DNA of 64,000 nucleotides from Bispira polyomma (Eukaryota): NCBI GenBank assembly GCA_965649765.1, contig OZ287748.1, positions 27,466,001 to 27,530,000 of the forward strand, read 5' to 3'. Shown piece by piece: positions 38,526 to 48,011 of this stretch (position 1 is its first letter; each line of letters starts with the position of its first letter). The notes under the pieces were generated by a model. It saw only the letters and a program-made list of their open reading frames with translations, ran no database searches and was not told where the DNA came from. The position numbers and the translations under genes were made by a program.

Positions 38526-38682
38526 ATATGATGTACAGTATAAGATTTATAGTATTTATTAACTATTTTGTGTATATCTTTCACAGTGTTATTTATTGTA
38601 GACAGATGTATATATATATATATATATAACCGTATACAGTATTAATTGTGTACATACAATTGTATAATAAAATATATGATTC

Positions 38683-39129
38683 TTAAACTGTGTGTTTATA
38701 AAACATATAAACTAACTGATCATTGTACAACAAATCTTTTGAAAACATATTTAAAATCTCTGACATGGAAATCCCTCTAACTCTAAAATAACAAAAAAAC
38801 AGACAATATTGACCACACAAATTTGAAACACGGCTTTGACATCTCTTGACATTGAATTTATAGCTAGCACTTTGTATTGCCATGTAGGACTTCAAATAGA
38901 GATCTGGAGATTTACCTAATGGATCAAAATATTCAGTTACTTCATTGTTGAGAATGTAAACTACAACCCAATGACTTCCAGGTTTATCACTTGTGTCTAG
39001 GTTAACAATGTAAAGTTTAGGTTTTTGTTTCGTTTGTAAGGGTAATAAATCCTTAGCTAAAACTCCGCCGTAAACTTGTGAGATATAGGGATCCTTTAAC
39101 ATAAACTGATTTAATTCAAATGTGTTCAT
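38683..39129 (-). CDS. Adenain-like cysteine (maturation) protease
   Basis: IVNLDTSDKPGSHWV, EYFDPLG and Q...SNLCGQYC give the His-Asp-Cys triad. The ORF is intact (148 aa). Confidence 0.95.
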   Translation of the reverse strand: MNTFELNQFMLKDPYISQVYGGVLAKDLLPLQTKQKPKLYIVNLDTSDKPGSHWVVVYILNNEVTEYFDPLGKSPDLYLKSYMAIQSASYKFNVKRCQSRVSNLCGQYCLFFCYFRVRGISMSEILNMFSKDLLYNDQLVYMFYKHTV

Positions 39130-40406
39130 TATTGAATTTTGATATTTCTGGTTTTATCAACAAGCACCATTCCTGGGAAAACTGAATAAGCAATAACCAT
39201 TAAAGAACTAGAAGTTGCTGAAGCAAACTTAAGCTGTAGCCTTGTGTGACCTTTTTTAAGCTTTCCCATTAAGTCATTGTCTGTCTCTCCTTGAATATCA
39301 AATACAAAAAGTCCATAACCGTTTGAATAATCTGCTCTACTAATAAAATTTCCAGCGTGGTGAGGGTATTTATTGGAAAACAAAGTAAGGTATGAGGAGA
39401 CATAATCTCCTGTTGAAAAATTAGGTGTGAGAGCTTGTTGTGGAACACTTTGACCGTCTACACTGAGTTCTAAGTAATTAACATTTTCATTGATGAAATT
39501 GTATGGATTTAACAAAAAATCACCTGTGTAAGCGTCTGTTTGTACAATACCTAAGATTAACTTTGATGGAACTTCACCATGAAAAATATCATCTGATGAA
39601 AAAGTGCTTACACCTTGAGGAATGACAAAAGTTTTTATATTTGATTTCCAAATAGGGTAAATAGCCGGAGCATAGGTTAAAGCTTCATTATGAGCTAGAA
39701 TAATAGAATCAGTAACTTTAACATGACAAGCTTTAAAAACAGCTTCTGTTATTATTACTTTGTAAGATTCTGAATCTTTTGTCATCATTGTAAATTTATC
39801 AGAAGAAGGAAATAATTTAATTATTATTTTAACACCGTTTAAAATAGGTCTTTCTTGTTGTGCAATATCCATGTGAATAGGTCCTTCTAAAGTTACTTCT
39901 TTACCAACTGCAGTAAAAGATGTTCTGCTGGTTAACCCTGGGTTATTTCCAGGCGGAGTTGCATCCATAACCCCTGAATTCTTGTAATACAGTTCGCTTT
40001 GAAGTTGAGATTCTTTTACTTCCATTCCGTATTTTAAAAGAACATCAAAAATTGATTTGTAAGGGTAGTTTACTCCAACATCTGGAGAAACGACTTTATC
40101 TTGAAGCATAATATTAACCTGACGAAAAAGTGAATGTAAACTCAAATTGACTAATCCCACAGCATTTTCTGCTATAATAGGAGAACCATCTGATTTAAAA
40201 ATTTTTGCTTTTATTTTTAATCTGGATTTATTTAAATCTATATATTCCGCACTTGTTCCTGGTATTCGAAATTCTATGGTAGAACCATGAGAAATAGTTG
40301 AAGTTGGTTGAAATTCTATGTATTGTATTTCATCTACAGCTGATTCAACATATGGAGTTTGAAACAGAGCTAATTTAGATGAATATGACAATTCTTGATT
40401 AGCCAT
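39129..40406 (-). CDS. Major capsid protein (double jelly-roll, hexon-like)
   Basis: Intact 425 aa ORF with motifs typical of Polinton MCPs: LALF..P, IEF.IPG...YIDL..S.L, VN..LHSLF.QV, L.GP.H.D...Q.R.ILNGV, G....NPYNF and GY.LF.FD. Confidence 0.92.
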   Translation of the reverse strand: MANQELSYSSKLALFQTPYVESAVDEIQYIEFQPTSTISHGSTIEFRIPGTSAEYIDLNKSRLKIKAKIFKSDGSPIIAENAVGLVNLSLHSLFRQVNIMLQDKVVSPDVGVNYPYKSIFDVLLKYGMEVKESQLQSELYYKNSGVMDATPPGNNPGLTSRTSFTAVGKEVTLEGPIHMDIAQQERPILNGVKIIIKLFPSSDKFTMMTKDSESYKVIITEAVFKACHVKVTDSIILAHNEALTYAPAIYPIWKSNIKTFVIPQGVSTFSSDDIFHGEVPSKLILGIVQTDAYTGDFLLNPYNFINENVNYLELSVDGQSVPQQALTPNFSTGDYVSSYLTLFSNKYPHHAGNFISRADYSNGYGLFVFDIQGETDNDLMGKLKKGHTRLQLKFASATSSSLMVIAYSVFPGMVLVDKTRNIKIQ

Positions 40407-40498
40407 TTTGATTGTTTTTTAGATTTTATTTTCTTTTTAATTTTAGAAGAATTTTTTTTCGATGAAGTTTTCTTGTTAGTTTTTCCTTTCTTTCTGTT

Positions 40499-40777
40499 TC
40501 ACTTCTTTTTCTTTTTCACAACACGTTTCTTCTTAGTACCACCACCAGACTGAGTGGATAATTTAATTTTCTTTGGTTTAAATACAGATACTTCTTTGAG
40601 CTTTCTCTTTAAAACAGATTTGGCTTGATCCACTACAGCTTGAGTGGGTGTTATCATTTGAATTTCACCTGTCCCCACTTGAGGTTTAAATACGTATATT
40701 CTACGTTGATAAGGTATATTACCGTTAGCCATGTCAATAAAATGTTTTGTCCAATAATTGCTATTATTACCATCCAT
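40499..40777 (-). CDS. Small basic virion core-like protein
   Basis: MDGNNSNYWTKHF... with QVGTG and QSGGG motifs (possible adenain sites) and a Lys-rich tail. It lies between the penton and MCP genes. Confidence 0.55.
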   Translation of the reverse strand: MDGNNSNYWTKHFIDMANGNIPYQRRIYVFKPQVGTGEIQMITPTQAVVDQAKSVLKRKLKEVSVFKPKKIKLSTQSGGGTKKKRVVKKKKK

Positions 40778-40779
40778 TT

Positions 40780-41181
40780 CTAGAAAATTCTTTTCCTCAA
40801 ACCTAAAGTACAAGTAGTTCTCTTAATTAGTTCTGAAGGAAAGTTACCTGTAATGCTGTCTTTTATATATATTCTAATACGATCAACGGTTGTTACAGTA
40901 ATAGGTTTAAAATAGAATTTATTAAATTCTGTCGATTTTGTTGAAAATATACGTCTTAACACAGGAGCCATAGAATCTTTAACATAGCTATATTCCACTA
41001 TATCACAATATATATAAACTTCATTTTGTAAAGTAGTGTCCCAAGATATATCTAATAAACTACATTCCCACGTTTTGTTAAATTCAAATTGTTTGGGCAA
41101 ATCAACAATAAAATCATACCAAACATTTTTAGGGTATTCTTTGACAGAATGTAGTGAAGATATAAATAAGTATTGCATCAT
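40780..41181 (-). CDS. Minor capsid protein (penton-like), short form
   Basis: YLFISS..S...YPKN....F.V.LP.......WECSL.DI and YIYCDIVE...V.DS..PVLR match Polinton penton motifs. Confidence 0.85.
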   Translation of the reverse strand: MMQYLFISSLHSVKEYPKNVWYDFIVDLPKQFEFNKTWECSLLDISWDTTLQNEVYIYCDIVEYSYVKDSMAPVLRRIFSTKSTEFNKFYFKPITVTTVDRIRIYIKDSITGNFPSELIKRTTCTLGLRKRIF

Positions 41182-41981
41182 GAAAAACTTTTAATTTGAT
41201 TTTCGTCTATCCAAGTATCGAATTTAGGTCCCCAACCTTTCCAACGCACAAGTAGCTGTATTTTACCTTTAACTTTTTTTTTCTCACTATTTTCTCAATG
41301 TCGTACTGGGTGTCTTGATCAATATCTACCTTTTGAAGTTCAGGTACTGAAAACTTATAAATTATAGGTTCGTTGTTAAAATCTTTTACTTCATATTTCT
41401 GTATGCCTTGATTTAATTGTTTTGTAGTTATTGTGAATAATTCGTCAGTCCATTTTTGATCTGATTCCTTGTTGTAAAGCTTTGGTATTTTTGTTAAATG
41501 AACAACATCACCTATTTTAAACTGATATAAAGGTTTATTTTCTATGTATTTAGGGATTTTAGTTTTTTTCTTTAATTTAATCTGTTTAGAATGTTTCTCA
41601 TACTGAATTTTACACAAAACAGGGTTTGCAACTTCAAGAGCCTCTGAAGGTGACATTTTAATTGTTCTATGATATGATTTATTATAACTGTCAGTTATGT
41701 TTTGCAAAACATCTATCCATTTTCTAGTTTTGTTATGTTCCATATAGCGTGCTATTTTCATCTTTAAAGTACGAATGACTAGTTCCACATAATTAGCTTT
41801 AGAGTGTTCAGAAGTTACTATTATTTTGTTTACTTAACCAATTTTGAATAAAATCTTTAGAAATATCAGACCTTTCCTTGTGAACAAAATTATAAAACTT
41901 TTGAAACCCACTAAAAGATCCGGGGTTTTCAGGATTAAAATACATTTTTTGTAAATAATCTTCTTTTTCAGAATCACTCAT
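41178..41981 (-). pseudogene. Retroviral-type (rve) integrase with C-terminal chromodomain; catalytic core deleted
   Basis: The N-terminus MSDSEKEDYLQKMYFNPENPGSFSG...WLSKQ joins directly to SKANYVELVIRTLK...YNKSYHRTIKMSP. The chromodomain LLVRWKGWGPKFDTWI follows a frameshift in an A run. Confidence 0.9.
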
Positions 41982-41984
41982 GTT

Positions 41985-42302
41985 TCAATACCTTTTCCAA
42001 GTATTATTCCAATTGTTTTTGAATGAAGGTGATGTTTTTGTAAGAGGTTCTTCAGTGTTTGGTTCACCGGGGGGTGGTGGTATTGGTTTTGTAGTTGAAT
42101 CTAAGCTTTCTCTTGATGTTTGTGGTTTGAGGTTTTCTTCTTTCTTTAATTCTTTTGTTTCTGCGTTTTGCTGTGTTTCTAATTGTATACCTTCATTCTC
42201 TTTGTCTTCAATTTCACTTTTTAACTCAGTGTCTGAATTATCTTCGTTTTTTGTTAATAAATGAATATATTTATTGTGAGGTATTAAAACCATTTTTTTC
42301 AT
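41985..42302 (-). CDS. Conserved small Polinton protein (MKKMVLIP... ending WxxY)
   Basis: The KMVLIP start and terminal Trp motif, directly upstream of the integrase, are common in Polintons. Confidence 0.55.
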   Translation of the reverse strand: MKKMVLIPHNKYIHLLTKNEDNSDTELKSEIEDKENEGIQLETQQNAETKELKKEENLKPQTSRESLDSTTKPIPPPPGEPNTEEPLTKTSPSFKNNWNNTWKRY

Positions 42303-42326
42303 TTTATTAAATTTAAAAGCTGTCTT

Positions 42327-42617
42327 TTAAACTGAGCTAAAAGTTTTAAAATACTTAGTTTTCTCAAAGAAATAAATTTCTGTTTTTTTAACAGTTTTAA
42401 TTTTTCTATTTGCAAGTTCTTTTAATGAGGTTTTTTTCTTTTTAACAATATTTCTTTGCTTACTTGTTAATGGAATATTTAACAAATTATGAGCCACTTC
42501 ACTTATAAGATTAACTTGATCAAGAGAAATTGTGTCTAATAATGCTTTTGATTGATCGACAGGCGATGTCAACACCAAAATAATATATTCCTTATGTTTT
42601 CTAACATAAGATACCAA
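42327..42617 (-). CDS. Conserved small basic Polinton protein (core-like), probably frameshifted at the 3' end
   Basis: ISEVAHNLLNIPLTSKQRNIVKKKK..LKELA motif, located downstream of the ATPase. Confidence 0.55.
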   Translation of the reverse strand: MVSYVRKHKEYIILVLTSPVDQSKALLDTISLDQVNLISEVAHNLLNIPLTSKQRNIVKKKKTSLKELANRKIKTVKKTEIYFFEKTKYFKTFSSV

Positions 42618-42668
42618 TGTCCTTCAGTGTGTCCTTCCTTAGGACTGAGTGTAACTTCAAAAAAACCT

Positions 42669-43301
42669 TCATTGATATACTATTGTTGGTAATTCATTTG
42701 GAAAAATGTTAGTTCTCAATCTGTATGCTTCTACGCTTTTGGGTGATAAATCGAGAATTAAGTATGAATAAGGCTTCTCAAGGGCATCAATATAAGCATG
42801 TTTCAACAAGCTTTTCATACCAATTTCTTGTGATAAGACATTTACTTATTGTAGATTTCTTGGGTTCTTTAACAATACAGTATAAGCCGTATTCAGATTA
42901 AGAGTTCTAGAACATTTCCCTTGATAAAACAAGTTTTGATTTATGTAAATTACTGTAATATTGTTGTGGTGACTTATTTGAGTGAACAGCTTTTCTGCGT
43001 CTTTACTGTTGGCTACCTCGTGTTGAAGGTTGTCTAAGCATATTATATTGTGATCAGAGTTAAATATAGCTTTTAATTTTTCCAAATTTGGCATTCCTTC
43101 CATAAATTCTATGTTCAAATTTTTTTCCATGTCATCAAACACAGGTTGCCAAACTGAATAACAATACACAATTTTTTTAGGCGGATTTTTAAACATAAGG
43201 TCTTTTGCCTTTAATAATTTATACAACCAACTAGTTTTCCCACTACCAGTCATTCCAGATATCATCCATGTAGAAGGAGATTCAAATTGAATAACTTCCA
43301 T
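42669..43301 (-). pseudogene. A32/FtsK-like DNA packaging ATPase with one premature stop
   Basis: Walker A GMTGSGKT, Walker B IICLDN (normally DD), SHH.N and QNLF. After the TAA at 42846 the frame continues VNVLSQEI...KPYSYLILDL...RLRTNIFP. Confidence 0.92.
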
Positions 43302-43608
43302 GTTAACTCTTTAATATCAAAACATTAATGAAGACAATTACTTTTATTAAAAGCCAATACATTGTTTAATCACATGAACAACTAATATATACATTTAATA
43401 AGAATACCAAGTCTTTACTAAATTACACATTTTCACAAATAGAAGAAATTTATAAGTCAGAGTCTTTCTAAAATTTATAAAGTTCCAAATCTTCTAAACT
43501 TCTACTTCACCTGGGGATTAGTTGTGTGTGTGTGTGAAAAAATCCTTAATCCTCCGTATTATATAGTTTAAAAATATTCCTTTTTAATGTGAGCAATAAA
43601 TAAGAAGT

Positions 43609-44127
43609 TCATAAACTATTCGCTGCTGTTGAATTTTGGTCTGCTTCCGAATCTGTTGTCGCTTCTTCTTGTTTGTCAGTTGGGTTACATTTAGGGCATG
43701 AGAAGAAATCTTCTTGGTTCTGATGAGTGTAGAATATCTGAGGGTGTTCTTTCTCGATTTGATTAAAAATATCCAATAACTGAAACCACTGAACATATTT
43801 CAAAGATATTCCATCCAACGCGGGTAGTCTACATCCACCAAACCTGAAGAATCTACGAATTTGTATGCATTGAAATGGAGACTGTAAATAGGTAAAAACA
43901 TCATTTTCCAAATGAACATAAAATTCTGTTGGTTCTTTTTTATGACACAATCTGATAAGCTTGCTTGATAATTGTTCTTTATTTTTCATCAATTTGAAAT
44001 ATTTACAATTATTTATAGATATTTCCTTATCGTCTTTATTTTTTAAAACTATACTGTAGTCACAAAATGCTGATCCTCTAATTTCAACTGTCTTTCCTTC
44101 AAAGCTATCAATGACATAGTCGGCCAT
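43609..44127 (-). CDS. PC4-like ssDNA-binding domain protein
   Basis: IQIRRFF...PALDGISLKYVQWFQL resembles the PC4 signature (vdIRe.y...P.kkGIsL..eqw..L). The C-terminus has H.NQ....CPKCNP. Confidence 0.65.
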   Translation of the reverse strand: MADYVIDSFEGKTVEIRGSAFCDYSIVLKNKDDKEISINNCKYFKLMKNKEQLSSKLIRLCHKKEPTEFYVHLENDVFTYLQSPFQCIQIRRFFRFGGCRLPALDGISLKYVQWFQLLDIFNQIEKEHPQIFYTHQNQEDFFSCPKCNPTDKQEEATTDSEADQNSTAANSL

Positions 44128-44141
44128 AGTTATTCTTTCAG

Positions 44142-44600
44142 TTAAAAACGTGGAGGGTCAGATGGAAATAAGTACTGAACAAAAGCACAATTTCCTTTTG
44201 TGTGTCTTTTATGTTCAAAAAAGACATCTTCAAAAGAATCCCATTGATGTAAAACAACCTTACACCAGGCACATTTACAGCTGTCTCCTATTCCTGTGTA
44301 AATAAATCCAGCTTTAGCTAGTTGTTCAGGTTGAAGCGGGTGAGACTTAGGCCAGGTCTTAAAAGTTTCTATTCTGTTGTCATACTTGTAAAAGAATTCG
44401 TCTTTCCAAAAGGAAAATCCTGGATATGCGTCTGTTCGACCTCCTAAATATATAGAAGATCCTCTGGTAGCTTTTCCACAGCAAGGTTTAGAAGAAGAAG
44501 GAGAAGAAGCAGCTGGTGTACAAAGTGAAAAACCTCCTTTGACAGAATTACAGAATAACCCCTCGCCAACAACTGAATCTGCTACGTCTGGTCGTTCCAT
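44142..44600 (-). CDS. Single-BIR inhibitor-of-apoptosis-like protein
   Basis: RIETFKTWP...PEQLAKAGFIYTGIGDSCKCAWC...L.QW...EDVFFEHKRH...CAFV is a complete BIR CCHC signature. The ORF is intact. Confidence 0.95.
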   Translation of the reverse strand: MERPDVADSVVGEGLFCNSVKGGFSLCTPAASSPSSSKPCCGKATRGSSIYLGGRTDAYPGFSFWKDEFFYKYDNRIETFKTWPKSHPLQPEQLAKAGFIYTGIGDSCKCAWCKVVLHQWDSFEDVFFEHKRHTKGNCAFVQYLFPSDPPRF

Positions 44601-44644
44601 GTTTCTCTTTCAAATTTAAAAAATTGGTTGTTTTGTTTTGTAAA

Positions 44645-44780
44645 TTTATAAATAACGTTATATTTGATAAAGTTTTGATTGGATAGATTCTATCCAATCA
44701 AAATTACAAGATTCTCCCATTGTCTATCAAGATCAAAATAGATTCTACCAATCAAAATTGTAAGATTCTCCCATTGTCTA
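44645..44780 (-). promoter_or_regulatory. Candidate promoter of the right-arm gene block: TATA box plus palindromic CCAAT pair
   Basis: TATAAA lies ~45 bp upstream of the BIR ATG. There is a 31-bp palindrome TTTTGATTGGATAGA-T-TCTATCCAATCAAAA (44673-44703) and a tandem re-copy with a third CCAAT. Confidence 0.55.
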
Positions 44781-44915
44781 TTTAGTTCAAAAGAAATATA
44801 ATGTATGCTTCATTTGCTATTGTACTGATTCACCTTCAAAAATAAAATTATTGCTATGAGCTAAAATCTTATGTAAAGTCTACCCTTTCAAAAAAATAAA
44901 ATTAAAGCTGACTCA

Positions 44916-45159
44916 GGTCTAGCACGCTTTCATATACAATGAATAAAATATAATAATCCGCCTCTGAAAGATCAGACGCTTGAGTCTTGATCATTTTGCT
45001 ACAACCTCTCTGTATAATTCACAAAATGATCAACGCTCTGCATATGGGCTTTGCTGATCATTGGGGTGGTTTAACGTAGTCATAGGGTGGTGTTGAAAGA
45101 TCTTAAGGTGATTTCTAATCTTCGGGGGGGTGTAGAATAGCCTTCAAAAGGTAACTACT
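44916..45159. repeat. Polinton right TIR
   Basis: Inverted match to the left TIR, ending ...GGTAACTACT before the TSD. Confidence 0.95.
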
Positions 45160-45169
45160 TCCTGTAGTA

Positions 45170-45725
45170 CAACTCCTAAGAGTTAAAATTTTATGATGAC
45201 TTAAAGGTTACAACATATTTTAGCCTTTCCGGACTATATTTGGTACACAGATGTATATGGAGCTGAGGAGGAACCCTATTGTATGGTGACCTTAAACTCC
45301 TTAAGAATTTTTATGACAACTTTAAGGTTACAGCATGTTTTAGTCTTAAACTCCTAACAGTTAAAATTTTATGACGACTTTAAGGTTACAGCATGTTTCA
45401 GTCATTCCGCACTCTAACTCCACAACCGCTTGATGAATTTCATTTATATTTGGTACACAGATGTATATGGATCTGAGGAGGAACCCTGTTGTATGGTGAC
45501 TTCAAACTCCTGAAAATAAAAATTTTATGACGACTTTAAAGTTACAGCATATTTCTGTCATTCCAGACTCTAACTCCAAAAGTACTTGATGGATTTCATT
45601 CATATTTGGCACACAGATGTGTATGGACCTGAGGAGGAACCCTGTTGTATGGTGGCTTTGAACTCATAACAGTAAAAGTATTATAATGAGTTTAAAATTA
45701 CGACATGTTTGATAACTTTTAGACT
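45170..45725. repeat. ~157-bp tandem repeat array (satellite/Helentron-core-like), adjoining the Polinton insertion site
   Basis: TATTTGG[TC]ACACAGATGT...TGAGGAGGAACCCT recurs at ~45237, 45447 and 45604. A related TTTCATATTTGGCATACATG lies on the left flank (~24640). Confidence 0.75.
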
Positions 45726-46822
45726 GTAAAACAAAACCTTTCTATACACTTTTAGGTTACTATTTGAAATTAGAGCAGTTTTCGTCAATTTTGTCCACTT
45801 CACTAGTATGGTAGACTAACCCAACCTCACGAAAACAGATTATTATTTTGTGAAGAACATTTTTCAGGACTCGTAAATTTTGAAATGCTTTAAAATAAAA
45901 TATGTAGTGCATACTATTTTGAAATGCTTTGAAATAAAATATGTAGTGTATACTAGCTCCACCTGGAAATCTGTTCCATTTCCTTAAAATAAAGGTAATG
46001 TTATCACTGCATGCTTCTTTTATACTTCTTTGCGTTCATACAATTTTTTCTCTCCCCAACTTACCTAAGAGCAGGGGACACAGTAACATTCATCTGATTT
46101 CTTGTTGTATTAGACGTTTAGTCTTGTACACACATTCAGATCGCAAACTGGTACTTTTTATCGCATTTTTTTGCCCACTGAAGACGAATATATACTGATA
46201 GGTAGCTGTACAAAAAATCCATTTTCGTCTGTCCTAAATCAGAGCCCTACCTAATTGTGCGACCAATTTTTGGTCGCAATTGACATCTTGTTTTTGAGAA
46301 TTACTAAAGGAGTGCACTTTGTTGGCTTGTATTAATGCATTACATCAAAAAGTTGATTGCGCAAAAAGAGGTAAACTGATTTTGCCAAAACTTGCAGAAA
46401 GCTAGGCTATGGGGCAAAGAAAAGTATTGGGAATATGGTGGAGGTCATACCTTTGCCAAGGTGATGCAGAGCCAAAAAGTGAAAAAGTGCTGCAGGATCA
46501 CATAAAAATAAAGAAATCAATTTTTGGACAAAGTTTGTTGAAGGCCACGGTATGGGTTAAAAAAGGACAAGGGAGTATGGGGTACTGCATACCTCTGCCA
46601 AGAAAATAAATAAAGCACAACTTGGTCATGTGCTCTGGCCCCCATAGGCCACTCAATCTTTTTTGGTTTTGATAATCTTTTTAAAAATGCTTTGTTTCAT
46701 TAAGAGCTTTGATCCCAGAGGTTCTGTTTTGGACTGGGGAATTTTTAAGAGTTTTAAAATATAGCTGGTTTGTCAAAAAATACTTTGGTGCTTTGCAATG
46801 TATTCTAAGTTTGCAGGAAGTA

Positions 46823-47900
46823 AGGGGTCCTATTCAAGAGGTCTCAAGTCTCAGACAAAAAAACAGGCTCAAAGTTGAGACTTTGTCTCAGTTGAGACAA
46901 AGTCTCAAGTTGCTATTCACAGAAAATGTCTCAGCTGAGACTAAACTGAGACCAAATCTCAAATCTATAAAATGTAAACAAACACATTGTTTAAATATTA
47001 AACAATATTTCATCAAAAATGTTTGTATTTGTGTACTATAATTTCAAACAAGATTTGTAATATACATTTTAGCGACAAAAAATAACCATGTAGTGCCAAA
47101 AATTAAGCCTTGCTAAAGTATCTCTCTTATACCCATCAAACTTACTGGTAATGTTTTTCATCCTGCCGATGTCTTTTAATGTTACATTTATTAACTAAAT
47201 ATTTGATAGGGAATGTGTGTTTTTTAAGTATTTCATATGTAAAACAGCAAATGACTGAAAAGTCATGCCCTCTTAAATGGTAAAAAACCTCCTAATTGAC
47301 TGTCAATACACAGGTTAATAAAGTTCAGGTGAAAGGGTCCAACCACTATGCCTTTTAAAGCCAAAGAAGCCATCTTGGTCAGTTTCCCGTATCTGGTCCT
47401 CCTGGAGCGCCACCAGATGTCGAGCTTGGCGGGGATCTTTCCGACCGTGGTGACCTGGATGGCCCACAATCGCTTGTTCTTTTGAATATCCTTATATTCC
47501 TTGAGGCCCTTTATGTAGAATAACGGGTGGGCCTTTAGAAATTCGGCCATGGTGTCCTCATGCTCATCCCCTAGGTTGACATGGGTCTTCCTACTTCTCT
47601 TCCTCTTGCCGCCGCCAAGGAGTGGTGGAAGGTCATTCCCCATCAGCTTTCCCATCCCCCGCCAAGCTCTCCAGCTCACTCTCAGACTGTGCCACGGAAC
47701 CAGCCAATGATTCTGGAGTAGCAGATGCAGATGCAGCAGCAGATAATGAAGTTCTTCCTGCTCCTCCTCCCCAACAACAGGCAGAGGCTCTTCAACCACT
47801 GGCACAAAAGGCTGAGCCCTTTTCTGTTTCTTCTTCAACATCACTCCCAATAACTTTGGAAGCATCTTTTGACATCTTTGGTCATATTTTAATGAAAATA
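46823..47900 (-). mobile_element. Remnant with a MADF/Myb-SANT-like coding fragment, possibly PIF/Harbinger
   Basis: EDTMAEFLKAHPLFY..GLKEYKD...KRLW...LDIWWRSRRTRYGKL is MADF-like. A GGGGTCCTATTCA terminus with GTCTCA/TGAGAC subrepeats lies at 46823-46960. Confidence 0.5.
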
Positions 47901-48011
47901 TTTATTGGTGGATGAACCCAGTATTATTTTTACTATTGCTTATTGCTACTAACCTATGGAAATCACCCAGCAAACATTCCCAGGCAAAGGAAGCAGTGGC
48001 ATTTTTTTACT

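Larger units (their letters stand above)
24807..45159. mobile_element. Polinton/Maverick (adintovirus-like endogenous DNA virus), full length 20,353 bp, partly decayed
   Basis: TIRs begin AGTAGTTACC and end GGTAACTACT. There is an exact 6-bp TSD TCCTGT at 24801-24806 and 45160-45165. It encodes pPolB, rve integrase, packaging ATPase, adenain protease, and major and minor capsid proteins. Confidence 0.98.

Noticed and set aside
40780-41260. Possible integrase chromodomain-penton fusion
   Set aside because: In the chromodomain frame a TGA at 41180-41178 ends the protein. The penton starts in another frame through an ATGA overlap.
33330-41290. Programmed ribosomal frameshifting at A/T runs in pPolB, integrase and other genes
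   Set aside because: The shifts co-occur with nonsense codons and a large deletion, so decay or homopolymer sequencing error is the simpler explanation. Raw reads would be needed to separate the two.
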